The position numbers were made by a program, and so were the translations under genes. Under the pieces are notes generated by a model, which was given only the letters and a program-made list of their open reading frames with translations, was not told where the DNA came from and ran no database searches. Positions 9,008-24,000 of a stretch of DNA of 64,000 nt are shown here, piece after piece. This DNA is from Balanoglossus misakiensis (taxonomy: Eukaryota > Animalia > Hemichordata), in the NCBI GenBank assembly GCA_040954595.2, contig CM082578.2, forward strand, positions 525,740-589,739. Reading direction: 5' to 3'. Position 1 is the first letter of the stretch, and each line of letters begins with the position of its first letter.

Positions 9008-12000
9008 CTGACACTCTACAGCAGAAACAGTTGCACACTGGTAACGTTGAACAAGTCGATTTTTCTACGGCCTGGCTCGGCTAAATCTCCGTCACAATAT
9101 GACAGACACTAGCGTACGTTAGCAACGGTGATCAAGTCAGATTTTCTACGGCATGGCTTGGATAAAGTCCCGCCACTCTAGAGCAGAAACACGCGTACAG
9201 TGACCACGTTGATCAAGTCTGTACTCCTACGGCTTGGCTCGACTAAAACCCCGGCACACTATGACAGACACTAGCGTTCGTTAGCGACGTTGATCAAGTC
9301 AGATTTCCTACGGCGTGACCCGGCTGGTGCACTGGCTCTATATGACACAGACTGGCCTAAGTTATGAACGGTGATTACGTCGGATTTCCTACGGCCTGGT
9401 TTAGCTGAAGCCCCGGCACTTTAGAGCGGAAACACGCGTACATTGACCACGATGATCAAGTCAGATCTCCTACGGCCTGGCTCGACTAAAACCCCGGCAC
9501 ACCATGACAGACACAAGCGTTCGTTAGCAACGTTGATCAAGTCAGATTTCCTACGGCATGGCTTGGCTAAAGCCCTGGCAGTCTAGAGCAGAAACACGCG
9601 TACAGAGACCACGTTGATCTACTCACATTTCCTTCGGCCTGGCACGGCTGATGCCCCGGCACTATATATAGGACACAGACTGGCGTAAGTTATCAACGGT
9701 GATTACGTCGGATTTCCTACGGCCTGGTTTAGCTGAAGCCCCGGCACTTTAGAGCGGAAACACGCGTACATTGACCACGATTATCAAGTCAGATCTCTTA
9801 CGGCTTGGCTCGACTAAAACCCCGGCACACCATGACAGACACTAGCGTTCGTTAGCAACGGTGATCAAGTCGGATTTCCTTCGGCCTGGCTCTGCAAAAG
9901 ACCCGACACTCTAGTACAAAGACGTTGGCTAAAAAACCTTTGTTCTTCGAATTTGGTGCCCTGATCATATATGACATGTTGATTGTATGTTTAAACTTTC
10001 GACCACTCCAAAAATGCAGAGATATTGACGGAATTCAAGAAAAAATAGCCATTTTGGCCATATTTTGACAAAAAATGGTAAATTTAAAAAAAAAATCATA
10101 AAAAATTAACTCTTTTCTTCATTTTCGGAAATATTATGGAGCATGAAGTGTCGTTCTCTTGTAAAAAGTGCTGCAAATTCCAGAAAAGGCGGTATAATTT
10201 GAATCACCCAAGACAAAATTACCATTTTCGACCTTTTTTCGAAAAAATTGTCTTTTTTACAAAATAAATAAGAATAAATTCTTTTCTTAGTTTCAAACGG
10301 GTAGAGATACTTTCCCAACGGGTTTTCTAACATTGTATTCCCGTTCATCAACTCAGATTTCCTACAGCATAAGTCGGCTAAAACCCTGACACTCTACAGC
10401 AGAAACAGTTGCACACTGGTAACGTTGAACAAGTCGATTTTTCTACGGCCTGGCTCGGCTAAATCTCCGTCACAATATGACAGACACTAGCGTACGTTAG
10501 CAACGGTGATCAAGTCAGATTTTCTATGGCATGGCTTGGATAAAGCCCCGCCACTCTAGAGCAGAAACACGCGTACAGAGACAACGTTGATCAAGTCTGA
10601 TCTCCTACGGCTTGGCTCGACTAAAACCCCGGCACACTATGACAGACACTAGCGTTCGTTAGCAACGTTGATCAAGTCAGATTTCCTACGGCGTGACCCG
10701 GCTGGTGCACTGGCTCTATATGACACAGACTGGCCTAAGTTATGAACGGTGATTACGTCGGATTTCCTACGGCCTGGTTTAGCTGAAGCCCCGGCACTTT
10801 AGAGCGGAAACACGCGTACATTGACCACGATGATCAAGTCAGATCTCCTACGGCCTGGCTCGACTAAAACCCCGGCACACCATGACAGACACAAGCGTTC
10901 GTTAGCAACGTTGATCAAGTCAGATTTCTTACGGCATGGCTTGGCTAAAGCCCTGGCAGTCTAGAGCAGAAACACGCGTACAGAGACCACGTTGATCTAC
11001 TCACATTTCCTTCGGCCTGGCACGGCTGATGCCCCGGCACTATATATAGGACACAGACTGGCGTAAGTTATCAACGGTGATTACGTCGGATTTCCTACGG
11101 CCTGGTTTAGCTGAAGCCCCGGCACTTTAGAGCGGAAACACGCGTACATTGACCACGATTATCAAGTCAGATCTCCTACGGCTTGGCTCGACTAAAACCC
11201 CGGCACACCATGACAGACACTAGCGTTCGTTAGCAACGGTGATCAAGTCGGATTTCCTTCGGCCTGGCTCTGCAAAAGACCCGACACTCTAGTACAAAGA
11301 CGTTGGCTAAAAAACCTTTGTTCTTCGAATTTGGTGCCCTGATCATATATGACATGTTGATTGTATGTTTAAACTTTCGACCACTCCAAAAATGCAGAGA
11401 TATTGACGGAATTCAAGAAAAAATAGCCATTTTGGCCATATTTTGACAAAAAATGGTAAATTAAAAAAAAAAATCATAAAAAATTAACTCTTTTCTTCAT
11501 TTTCGGAAATATTATGGAGCATGAAGTGTCGTTCTCTTGTAAAAAGTGCTGCAAATTCCAGAAAAGGCGGTATAATTTGAATCACCCAAGACAAAATTAC
11601 CATTTTCGACCTTTTTTCGAAAAAATTGTCTTTTTTACAAAATAAATAAGAATAAATTCTTTTCTTAGTTTCAAACGGGTAGAGATACTTTCCCAACGGG
11701 TTTTCTAACATTGTATTCCCGTTCATCAACTCAGATTTCCTACAGCATAAGTCGGCTAAAACCCTGACACTCTACAGCAGAAAGAGTTGCACACTGGTAA
11801 CGTTGAACAAGTCGATTTTTCTACGGCCTGGCTCGGCTAAATCTCCGTCACAATATGACAGACACTAGCGTACGTTAGCAACGGTGATCAAGTCAGATTT
11901 TCTATGGCATGGCTTGGATAAAGCCCCGCCACTCTAGAGCAGAAACACGCGTACAGAGACAACGTTGATCAAGTCTGATCTCCTACGGCTTGGCTCGACT

Positions 12001-15000
12001 AAAACCCCGGCACACTATGACAGACACTAGCGTTCGTTAGCAACGTTGATCAAGTCAGATTTCCTACGGCGTGACTCGGCTGGTGCACCGGCTCTATATG
12101 ACACAGACTGGCCTAAGTTATCTACGGTGATTACGTCGGATTTCCTACGGCCTGGTTTAGCTGAAGCCCCGGCACTTTAGAGCGGAAACACGCGTACATT
12201 GACCACGATGATCAAGTCAGATCTCCTACGGCCTGGCTCGACTAAAACCCCGGCACACCATGACAGACACAAGCGTTCGTTAGCAACGTTGATCAAGTCA
12301 CATTTCCTACGGCATGGCTTGGCTAAAGCCCTGGCACTCTAGAGCAGAAACACGCGTACAGAGACCACGTTGATCTACTCACATTTCCTTCGGCCTGGCA
12401 CGGCTGATGCCCCGGCACTATATATAGGACACAGACTGGCGTAAATTATCAACGGTGATTACGTCGGATTTCCTACGGCCTGGTTTAGCTGAAGCCCCGG
12501 CACTTTAGAGCGGAAACACGCGTACATTGACCACGATGATCAAGTCAGATCTCCTACGGCCTGGCTCGACTAAATCTCCGTCACAATATGACAGACACTA
12601 GCGTACGTTAGCAACGGTGATCAAGTCAGATTTTCTACGGCATGGCTTGGATAAAGCCCCGGCACACTAGAGCAGAAACACGGGTACAGAGACCACGTTG
12701 ATCAAGTCTGATCTCCTACGGCTTGGCTCGACTAAAACCCCGGCACACTATGACAGACACTAGCGTTCGTTAGCAACGTTGATCAAGTCAGATTTCCCAC
12801 GGCATGGCTTGGCTAAAGCCCTGGCACTCTAGAGCAGAAACACGCGTACAGAGACCACGTTGATCTACTCACATTTCCTTCGGCCTGGCACGGCTGATGC
12901 CCCGGCACTATATATAGGACACAGACTGGCGTAAGTTAACAACGGTAATCACGTCGGGTTTTCATACGGCCTGGCTCAGCTGAAGCCCCGGCACTCTAGA
13001 GCAGAAACAGGCGTACATTGACCACGTTGATCAAGTCAGATTTCCTACGGCGCGACTCGGCTGGTGCACCGGCTCTATATGACACAGACTGGCGAAAGTT
13101 ATCAACGGTGATTACGTCGGATTTCCTACGGCCTGGTTTAGCTGAAGCCCCGGCACTTTAGAGCGGAAACACGCGTACATTGACCACGATGATCAAGTCA
13201 GATCTCCTACGGCCTGGGTCGACTAAAACCCCGGCACACCATGACAGACACTAGCGTTCGTTAGCAACGGTGATCAAGTCGGATTTCCTTCGGCCTGGCT
13301 CTGCAAAAGACCCGACACTCTAGTACAAAGACGTTGGCTAAGTCGGGCAAACCGAAGAGGGAAAGTCACAGCGGGTCAACACTCGACATTTGTTCGGGTA
13401 GGACTGCATTATTGCCTGTCAATTTATAGAGAAAGCCCGAATTTAACCAGGGCGCTTCAAACACCGACGTTAGTTGGGGGCACGGCCTGCAGTACTGCCG
13501 GGTAAGCTGACATCGGCGTACGGCATATAATGTAGGGGGGGGGGGGGGACAGAACGGTTCAATACTACATTTATTAGATATCAGCTAATTTTGGACAATC
13601 ATCTAAAATCTAAATCATTTTTTCATATTTGGATATCTGATGATGTATGAAATTTCCATTATATGTAAAAATGGTGCTTATTATAAAAAATGCACTCTGA
13701 ATGAGCTGATTTAATACAAGATTCCGTTTTATTCGTTTTTGCACCAAAAAGGTCATTTTTAGGCAAAACATTCTTTATTTTTTTAATTCGGTGACCTGAT
13801 CATATATAAACAATTGCTTGTATGTTAAAAGTTTTTATGACTTTTAAAAGCAGTGACACTGGCGGCATTCAACACGAAAATAACAATTTTAGCCACAATT
13901 TGGTCAACATGGTAAATTTTTGAAAATTACAAAAAATACCTGTTTTCTACATTTTCGGAAATCTGATGGAGTATAGAATGCTCTTCGTATGTATACATCG
14001 ATACAAATTCCACAAATGACCGTCTAATTTTGGCTCACTGCAGACAAAATTGCTATTTACCAAATTTTCCTTGACAATGTCATTTTACAAAAAAAAATAA
14101 AAAACCTTTGTTCTTCGAATTTGGTGCCTGATCATATATGACATTTTGATTGTATGTTAAAACTTTCGACCACTCCAAAAATGCTGAGATATTGACGGAA
14201 TTTAAGAAAAAATAGCCATTTTGGCCATATTTTGACAAAAATGGTAAATTTTTAAAAAATCTTAAAAAAATAACTCTTTTCTTCATTTTCGGAAATATTA
14301 TGGAGCATGAAGTGTCGTTCTCTTGTAAAAAGTGCTGCAAATTCTAGAAAAGGCGGTATAATTTGAATCACCCAAGACAAAATTACCATTTTCGACTTTT
14401 TTTCGAAAAATTGTCTTTTTTACAAAATAAATAAGAATAAATTCTTTTCTTAGCTTCAAACGGGTAGAGATACTTTCCACACGGGTTTTCTAACATTGAA
14501 TTCCCGTTCATCAACTCAGATTTCCTACAGCATAAGTCGGCTAAAACCCTGACACTCTAGAGCAGAAACAGTTGCACACTGGTAACGTTGAACAAGTCGA
14601 ATTTTCTACGGCCTGGCTCGGCTAAATCTCCGTCACAATATGACAGACACTAGCGTACGTTAGCAACGGTGATCAAGTCAGATTTTCTACGGCATGGCTT
14701 GGATAAAGCCCCGGCACTCTAGAGCAGAAACACGCGTACAGAGACCACGTTGATCAAGTCTGATCTCCTACGGCTTGGCTCGACTAAAACCCCGGCACAC
14801 TATGACAGACACTAGCGTTCGTTAGCAACGTTGATCAAGTCAGATTTCCTACGGCATGGCTTGGCTAAAGCTCTGGCACTCTAGAGCAGAAACACGCGTA
14901 CAGTGACCACGTTGATCTACTCACATTTCCTTCGGCCTGGCACGGCTGATGCCCTGGCACTATATATAGGACACAGACTGGCGTAAGTTAACAACGGTAA

Positions 15001-18000
15001 TCACGTCGGGTTTCCTACGGCCAGGTTTAACTGAAGCCCCGGCACTTTAGAGCGGAAACACGCGTACATTGACCACGATGATCATGTCAGATCTCCTACG
15101 GCCTGGCTCGACTAAAACCCCGGCACACCATGACAGACACTAGCGTTCGTTAGCAACGGTGATCAAGTCGGATTTCCTTCGGCCTGGCTCTGGAAAAGAC
15201 CTGACACTCTCGTACAAAGACATTGGCTAAGTCGGGCAAACCGAAGAGGGAAAGTCACAGCGGGTCAACACTCGACATTTGTTCGGGTAGGACTGCATTA
15301 TTGCCTGTCAATTTATAGAGAAAGCCCGAATTAAACCAGGGCGTTTCAAACACCGACGTTAGTTGGGGGCACGGCCTGCAGTACTGCCGGGTAAGCTGAC
15401 ATCGGCGTACCGCATGTAATGTAGGGGGGGGGGGGGGAACAGAACGGTTCAATACTACATTTATTAGATATCAGTTAATTTTGGACAATCATCTAAAATC
15501 TAAATAATTTTTTCATATTTGGATATCTGATGATGTATGAAATTTCCATTATATGTAAAAATGGTGCTGATTATAAAAAATATACTCTGAATGAGCTGAT
15601 TTAATACAAGATTGCGTTTTATTCGTTTTTGCACCAAAAAGGTCATTTTTAGGCAAAACATTCTTTATTTTTTTAATTCGGTGACCTGATCATATATAAA
15701 CAATTGCTTGTATGTTAAAAGTTTTTATGACTTTTAAAAGCAGTGACACTGGCGGCATTCATCACGAAAATAACAATTTTAGCCACAATTTGGTCAAAAA
15801 TGGTAAATTTTTGAAAATTACGAAAAATACCTGTTTTCTACATTTTCGGAAATCTGATGGAGTATAGAATGCTCTTCGTATATATATATCGATACAAATT
15901 CCACAAAAGACCGTCTAATTTTGCTCACTGCAGACAAAATTGCGTTTTACCAAATTTTCCTTGAAAATGTCATTTTAGAAAAAAAAATAAAAAACCTTTG
16001 TTCTTCGAATTTGATGCCCTGATCATATATGACATGTTGATTGTATGTTAAAACTTTCGACCACTCCAAAAATGCTGAGATATTGACGGAATTCAAGAAT
16101 AAATAGCCATTTTGGCCATATTTTGGCAAAAATGGTAAATTTTAAAAAAATCTTAAAAAATTAACTCTTTTCTTCATTTTCAGAAATATTATGGAGCATG
16201 AAGTGTCGTTCTCTTGTAAAAAGTGCTGCAAATTCCAGAAAAGGCGGTATAATTTGAATCACCCAAGACAAAATTACCATTTTCGACTTTTTTTTCGAAA
16301 AATTGTCTTTTTTACAAAATAAATAAGAATAAATTCTTTTCTTAGTTTGAAACGGGTAGAGATACTTTCCACACAGGTTTTCTAACATTGAATTCCCGTT
16401 CATCAACTCAGATTTCCTACAGCATCAGTCGGCTAAAACCCTGACACTCTAGAGCAGAAACAGTTGCACACTGGTAACGTTGAACAAGTCGATTTTTCTA
16501 CGGCCTGGCTCGGCTAAATCTCCGTCACAATATGACAGACACTAGCGTACGTTAGCAACGGGGATCAAGTCAGATTTTCTACGGCATGGCTTGGATAAAG
16601 CCCCGGCACTCTAGAGCAGAAACACGCGTACAGAGACCACGTTGATCTACTCATATTTTCCTCGGCCTGGCACGGCTGATGCCCCGGCACTATATATAGG
16701 ACACAGACTGGCGTAAGTTAACAACGGTAATCACGTCGGGTTTCCTACGGCCTGGCTCAGCTGAAGCCCCGGCACTCTAGAGCAGAAACAGGCGTACATT
16801 GACCACGTTGATCAAGTCAGATTTCCTACGGCGTGACTCGGCTGGTGCACCGGCTCTATATGACACAGACTGGCGTACGTTATCAACGGTGATTACGTCG
16901 GATTTCCTACGGCCTGGTTTAGCTGAAGCCCCGGCACTTTAGAGCGGAAACACGCGTACATTGACCACGATGATCAAGTCAGATCTCCTACGGCCTGGCT
17001 CGACTAAAACCCCGGCACACCATGACAGACACTAGCGTTCGTTAGCAACGGTGATCAAGTCGGATTTCCTTCGGCCTGGCTCTGCAAAAGACCCGACACT
17101 CTAGTACAAAGACGTTGGCTAAGTCGGGCAAACCGAAGAGGGAAAGTCACAGCGGGTCAACACTCGACATTTGTTCGGGTAGGACTGCATTATTGCCTGT
17201 CAATTTATAGAGAAAGCCCGAATTTAACCAGGGCGCTGCAAACACCGACGTTAGTTGTGGGCACGGCCTGCAGTACTGACGGGTAAGCTGACATCGGCGT
17301 ACCGCATATAATGTAGGGGGGGGGGAACAAAACGGTTCAATACTACATTTATTAGATATCAGCTAATTTTGGACAATCATCTAAAATCGAAATCATTTTT
17401 TCATATTTGGATATCTGATGATGTATGAAATTTCCATTATATGTAAAAATTGTGCTGATTGTTAAAAAATGCACTCTGAATGAGCTGATTTAATACAAAA
17501 TTGCGTTTTATTCGTTTTTGCACCAAAAATATCATTTTTAGGGAAAACATTCTTTATTCTTTAAATTCGGTGACCTGATCATATATAAACAATTGCTTGT
17601 ATGTTAAAAGTTTTAATGACTTTTAAAAGCAGTGACACTGGCGGCATTCAACACGAAAATAACAATTTTAGCCACAATTTGGTCAAAATGGTAAATTTTT
17701 GAAAATTACAAAAAATACCTGTTTTCTACATTTTCGGAAATCTGATGGAGTATAGAATGCTCTTCGTATGTATATATCGATACAAATTCCACAAAAGACC
17801 GTCAAATTTGGCTCACTGCAGACAAAATTGCGTTTTACCAAATTTTCCTTGAAAATGTCATTTTAGAAAAAAAAATAAAAAACCTTTGTTCTTCGAATTT
17901 GATGCCCTGATCATATATGACATGTTGATTGTATGTTAAAACTTTCGACCACTCCAAAAATGCTGAGATATTGACGGAATTCAAGAATAAATAGCCATTT

Positions 18001-21000
18001 TGGCCATATTTTGGCAAAAATGGTAAATTTTAAAAAAATCTTAGAAAATTAACTCTTTTCTTCATTTTCAGAAATATTATGGAGCATGAAGTGTCGTTCT
18101 CTTGTAAAAAGTGCTGCAAATTCCAGAAAAGGCGGTATAATTTGAATCACCCAAGACAAAATTACCATTTTCGACTTTTTTTTCGAAAAATTGTCTTTTT
18201 TACAAAATAAATAAGAATAAATTCTTTTCTTAGTTTCAAACGGGTAGAGATACTTTCCACACAGGTTTTCTAACATTGAATTCCCGTTCATCAACTCAGA
18301 TTTCCTACAGCATCAGTCGGCTAAAACCCTGACACTCTAGAGCAGAAACAGTTGCACACTGGTAACGTTGAACAAGTCGATTTTTCTACGGCCTGGCTCG
18401 GCTAAATCTCCGTCACAATATGACAGACACTAGCGTACGCTAGCAACGGGGACCAAGTCAGATTTTCTACGTCATGGCTTGGATAAAGCCCCGGCACTCT
18501 AGAGCAGAAACACGCGTACAGAGACCACGTTGATCTACTCATATTTTCCTCGGCCTGGCACGGCTGATGCCCCGGCACTATATATAGGACACAGACTGGC
18601 GTAAGTTAACAACGGTAATCACGTCGGGTTTCCTACGGCCAGGTTTAACTGAAGCCCCGGCACTTTAGAGCGGAAACACGCGTACATTGACCACGATGAT
18701 CAAGTCAGATCTCCTACGGCCTGGCTCGACTAAAACCCCGGCACACCATGACAGACACTAGCGTTCGTTAGCAACGGTGATCAAGTCGGATTTCCTTCGG
18801 CCTGGCTCTGCAAAAGACCTGACACTCTCGTATAAAGACATTGGCTAAGTCGGGCAAACCGAAGAGGGAAAGTCACAGCGGGTCAACACTCGACATTTGT
18901 TCGGGTAGGACTGCATTATTGCCTGTCAATTTATAGAGAAAGCCCGAATTAAACCAGGGCGTTTCAAACACCGACGTTAGTTGGGGGCACGGCCTGCAGT
19001 AATGCCGGGTAAGCTGACATCGGCGTACCGCATGTAATGTAGGGGGGGGGGGAACAGAACGGTTCAATACTACATTTATTAGATATCAGCTAATTTTGGA
19101 CAATCATCTAAAATCTAAATAATTTTTTCATATTTGGATATCTGATGATGTATGAAATTTCCATTATATGTAAAAATGGTGCTGATTATAAAAAATATAC
19201 TCTGAATGAGCTGATTTAATACAAGATTGCGTTTTATTCGTTTTTGCACCAAAAAGGTCATTTTTAGGCAAAACATTCTTTATTTTTTTAATTCGGTGAC
19301 CTGATCATATATAAACAATTGCTTGTATGTTAAAAGTTTTTATGACTTTTAAAAGCAGTGACACTGGCGGCATTCATCACGAAAATAACAATTTTAGCCA
19401 CAATTTGGTCAAAAATGGTAAATTTTTGAAAATTACGAAAAATACCTGTTTTCTACATTTTCGGAAATCTGATGGAGTATAGAATGCTCTTCGTATATAT
19501 ATATCGATACAAATTCCACAAAAGACCGTCTAATTTTGCTCACTGCAGACAAAATTGCGTTTTACCAAATTTTCCTTGAAAATGTCATTTTAGAAAAAAA
19601 AATAAAAAACCTTTGTTCTTCGAATTTGATGCCCTGATCATATATGACATGTTGATTGTATGTTAAAACTTTCGACCACTCCAAAAATGCTGAGATATTG
19701 ACGGAATTCAAGAATAAATAGCCATTTTGGCCATATTTTGGCAAAAATGGTAAATTTTAAAAAAATCTTAAAAAATTAACTCTTTTCTTCATTTTCAGAA
19801 ATATTATGGAGCATGAAGTGTCGTTCTCTTGTAAAAAGTGCTGCAAATTCCAGAAAAGGCGGTATAATTTGAATCACCCAAGACAAAATTACCATTTTCG
19901 ACTTTTTTTTCGAAAAATTGTCTTTTTTACAAAATAAATAAGAATAAATTCTTTTCTTAGTTTGAAACGGGTAGAGATACTTTCCACACAGGTTTTCTAA
20001 CATTGAATTCCCGTTCATCAACTCAGATTTCCTACAGCATCAGTCGGCTAAAACCCTGACACTCTAGAGCAGAAACAGTTGCACACTGGTAACGTTGAAC
20101 AAGTCGATTTTTCTACGGCCTGGCTCGGCTAAATCTCCGTCACAATATGACAGACACTAGCGTACGTTAGCAACGGGGATCAAGTCAGATTTTCTACGGC
20201 ATGGCTTGGATAAAGCCCCGGCACTCTAGAGCAGAAACACGCGTACAGAGACCACGTTGATCTACTCATATTTTCCTCGGCCTGGCACGGCTGATGCCCC
20301 GGCACTATATATAGGACACAGACTGGCGTAAGTTAACAACGGTAATCACGTCGGGTTTCCTACGGCCTGGCTCAGCTGAAGCCCCGGCACTCTAGAGCAG
20401 AAACAGGCGTACATTGACCACGTTGATCAAGTCAGATTTCCTACGGCGTGACTCGGCTGGTGCACCGGCTCTATATGACACAGACTGGCGTACGTTATCA
20501 ACGGTGATTACGTCGGATTTCCTACGGCCTGGTTTAGCTGAAGCCCCGGCACTTTAGAGCGGAAACACGCGTACATTGACCACGATGATCAAGTCAGATC
20601 TCCTACGGCCTGGCTCGACTAAAACCCCGGCACACCATGACAGACACTAGCGTTCGTTAGCAACGGTGATCAAGTCGGATTTCCTTCGGCCTGGCTCTGC
20701 AAAAGACCCGACACTCTAGTACAAAGACGTTGGCTAAGTCGGGCAAACCGAAGAGGGAAAGTCACAGCGGGTCAACACTCGACATTTGTTCGGGTAGGAC
20801 TGCATTATTGCCTGTCAATTTATAGAGAAAGCCCGAATTTAACCAGGGCGCTGCAAACACCGACGTTAGTTGTGGGCACGGCCTGCAGTACTGACGGGTA
20901 AGCTGACATCGGCGTACCGCATATAATGTAGGGGGGGGGAACAAAACGGTTCAATACTACATTTATTAGATATCAGCTAATTTTGGACAATCATCTAAAA

Positions 21001-24000
21001 TCGAAATCATTTTTTCATATTTGGATATCTGATGATGTATGAAATTTCCATTATATGTAAAAATTGTGCTGATTGTTAAAAAATGCACTCTGAATGAGCT
21101 GATTTAATACAAAATTGCGTTTTATTCGTTTTTGCACCAAAAATATCATTTTTAGGGAAAACATTCTTTATTCTTTAAATTCGGTGACCTGATCATATAT
21201 AAACAATTGCTTGTATGTTAAAAGTTTTAATGACTTTTAAAAGCAGTGACACTGGCGGCATTCAACACGAAAATAACAATTTTAGCCACAATTTGGTCAA
21301 AATGGTAAATTTTTGAAAATTACAAAAAATACCTGTTTTCTACATTTTCGGAAATCTGATGGAGTATAGAATGCTCTTCGTATGTATATATCGATACAAA
21401 TTCCACAAAAGACCGTCAAATTTGGCTCACTGCAGACAAAATTGCGTTTTACCAAATTTTCCTTGAAAATGTCATTTTAGAAAAAAAAATAAAAAACCTT
21501 TGTTCTTCGAATTTGATGCCCTGATCATATATGACATGTTGATTGTATGTTAAAACTTTCGACCACTCCAAAAATGCTGAGATATTGACGGAATTCAAGA
21601 ATAAATAGCCATTTTGGCCATATTTTGGCAAAAATGGTAAATTTTAAAAAAATCTTAGAAAATTAACTCTTTTCTTCATTTTCAGAAATATTATGGAGCA
21701 TGAAGTGTCGTTCTCTTGTAAAAAGTGCTGCAAATTCCAGAAAAGGCGGTATAATTTGAATCACCCAAGACAAAATTACCATTTTCGACTTTTTTTTCGA
21801 AAAATTGTCTTTTTTACAAAATAAATAAGAATAAATTCTTTTCTTAGTTTCAAACGGGTAGAGATACTTTCCACACAGGTTTTCTAACATTGAATTCCCG
21901 TTCATCAACTCAGATTTCCTACAGCATCAGTCGGCTAAAACCCTGACACTCTAGAGCAGAAACAGTTGCACACTGGTAACGTTGAACAAGTCGATTTTTC
22001 TACGGCCTGGCTCGGCTAAATCTCCGTCACAATATGACAGACACTAGCGTACGCTAGCAACGGGGACCAAGTCAGATTTTCTACGTCATGGCTTGGATAA
22101 AGCCCCGGCACTCTAGAGCAGAAACACGCGTACAGAGACCACGTTGATCTACTCATATTTTCCTCGGCCTGGCACGGCTGATGCCCCGGCACTATATATA
22201 GGACACAGACTGGCGTAAGTTAACAACGGTAATCACGTCGGGTTTCCTACGGCCAGGTTTAACTGAAGCCCCGGCACTTTAGAGCGGAAACACGCGTACA
22301 TTGACCACGATGATCAAGTCAGATCTCCTACGGCCTGGCTCGACTAAAACCCCGGCACACCATGACAGACACTAGCGTTCGTTAGCAACGGTGATCAAGT
22401 CGGATTTCCTTCGGCCTGGCTCTGCAAAAGACCTGACACTCTCGTATAAAGACATTGGCTAAGTCGGGCAAACCGAAGAGGGAAAGTCACAGCGGGTCAA
22501 CACTCGACATTTGTTCGGGTAGGACTGCATTATTGCCTGTCAATTTATAGAGAAAGCCCGAATTAAACCAGGGCGTTTCAAACACCGACGTTAGTTGGGG
22601 GCACGGCCTGCAGTAATGCCGGGTAAGCTGACATCGGCGTACCGCATGTAATGTAGGGGGGGGGGGAACAGAACGGTTCAATACTACATTTATTAGATAT
22701 CAGCTAATTTTGGACAATCATCTAAAATCTAAATAATTTTTTCATATTTGGATATCTGATGATGTATGACATTTCCATTATATGTAAAAATGGTGCTGAT
22801 TATAAAAAATGCACTCTGAATGAGCTGATTTAATACAAGATTGCGTTTTATTCGTTTTTGCACCAAAAAGGTCATTTTTAGGCAAAACATTCTTTATTTT
22901 TTTAATTCGGTGACCTGATCATATATAAACAATTGCTTGTATGTTAAAAGTTTTTATGACTTTTAAAAGCAGTGACACTGGCGGCATTCATCACGAAAAT
23001 AACAATTTTAGCCACAATTTGGTCAAAAATGGTAAATTTTTGAAAATTACGAAAAATACCTGTTTTCTACATTTTCGGAAATCTGATGGAGTATAGAATG
23101 CTCTTCGTATGTATATATCGATACAAATTCCACAAAAGACCGTCTAATTTTGCTCACTGCAGACAAAATTGCGTTTTACCAAATTTTCCTTGAAAATATC
23201 ATTTTAGAAAAAAAAATAAAAAACCTTTGTTCTTCGAATTTGATGCCCTGATCATATATGACATGTTGATTGTATGTTAAAACTTCCGACCACTCCAAAA
23301 ATGCTGAGATATTGACGGAATTCAAGAATAAATAGCCATTTTGGCCATATTTTGGCAAAAATGGTAAATTTTAAAAAAATCTTAAAAAATTAACTCTTTT
23401 CTTCATTTTCAGAAATATTATGGAGCATGAAGTGTCGTTCTCTTGTAAAAAGTGCTGCAAATTCCAGAAAAGGCGGTATAATTTGAATCACCCAAGACAA
23501 AATTACCATTTTCGACTTTTTTTTCGAAAAATTGTGTTTTTTACAAAATAAATAAGAATAAATTCTTTTCTTAGTTTGAAACGGGTAGAGATACTTTCCA
23601 CACAGGTTTTCTAACATTGAATTCCCGTTCATCAACTCAGATTTCCTACAGCATCAGTCGGCTAAAACCCTGACACTCTAGAGCAGAAACAGTTGCACAC
23701 TGGTAACGTTGAACAAGTCGATTTTTCTACGGCCTGGCTCGGCTAAATCTCCGTCACAATATGACAGACACTAGCGTACGTTAGCAACGGGGATCAAGTC
23801 AGATTTTCTACGTCATGGCTTGGATAAAGCCCCGGCACTCTAGAGCAGAAACACGCGTACAGAGACCGCGTTGATCTACTCATATTTTCCTCGGCCTGGC
23901 ACGGCTGATGCCCCGGCACTATATATAGGACACAGACTGGCGTAAGTTAACAACGGTAATCACGTCGGGTTTCCTACGGCCTGGCTCAGCTGAAGCCCCG

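Noticed and set aside
13495-13600. Spliced-leader RNA (GGTAAG plus AATTTTGGA Sm-like site)
   Set aside because: A variable G run lies between the motifs, GGTAAG is not in a convincing SL stem-loop, and both motifs are short enough to be chance.
13630-13660. CTGATGA...GAAA hammerhead-like string in the satellite
   Set aside because: No stem II pairing and no NUH site with stem III; the motif is not kept in the homologous 330-bp subunits.
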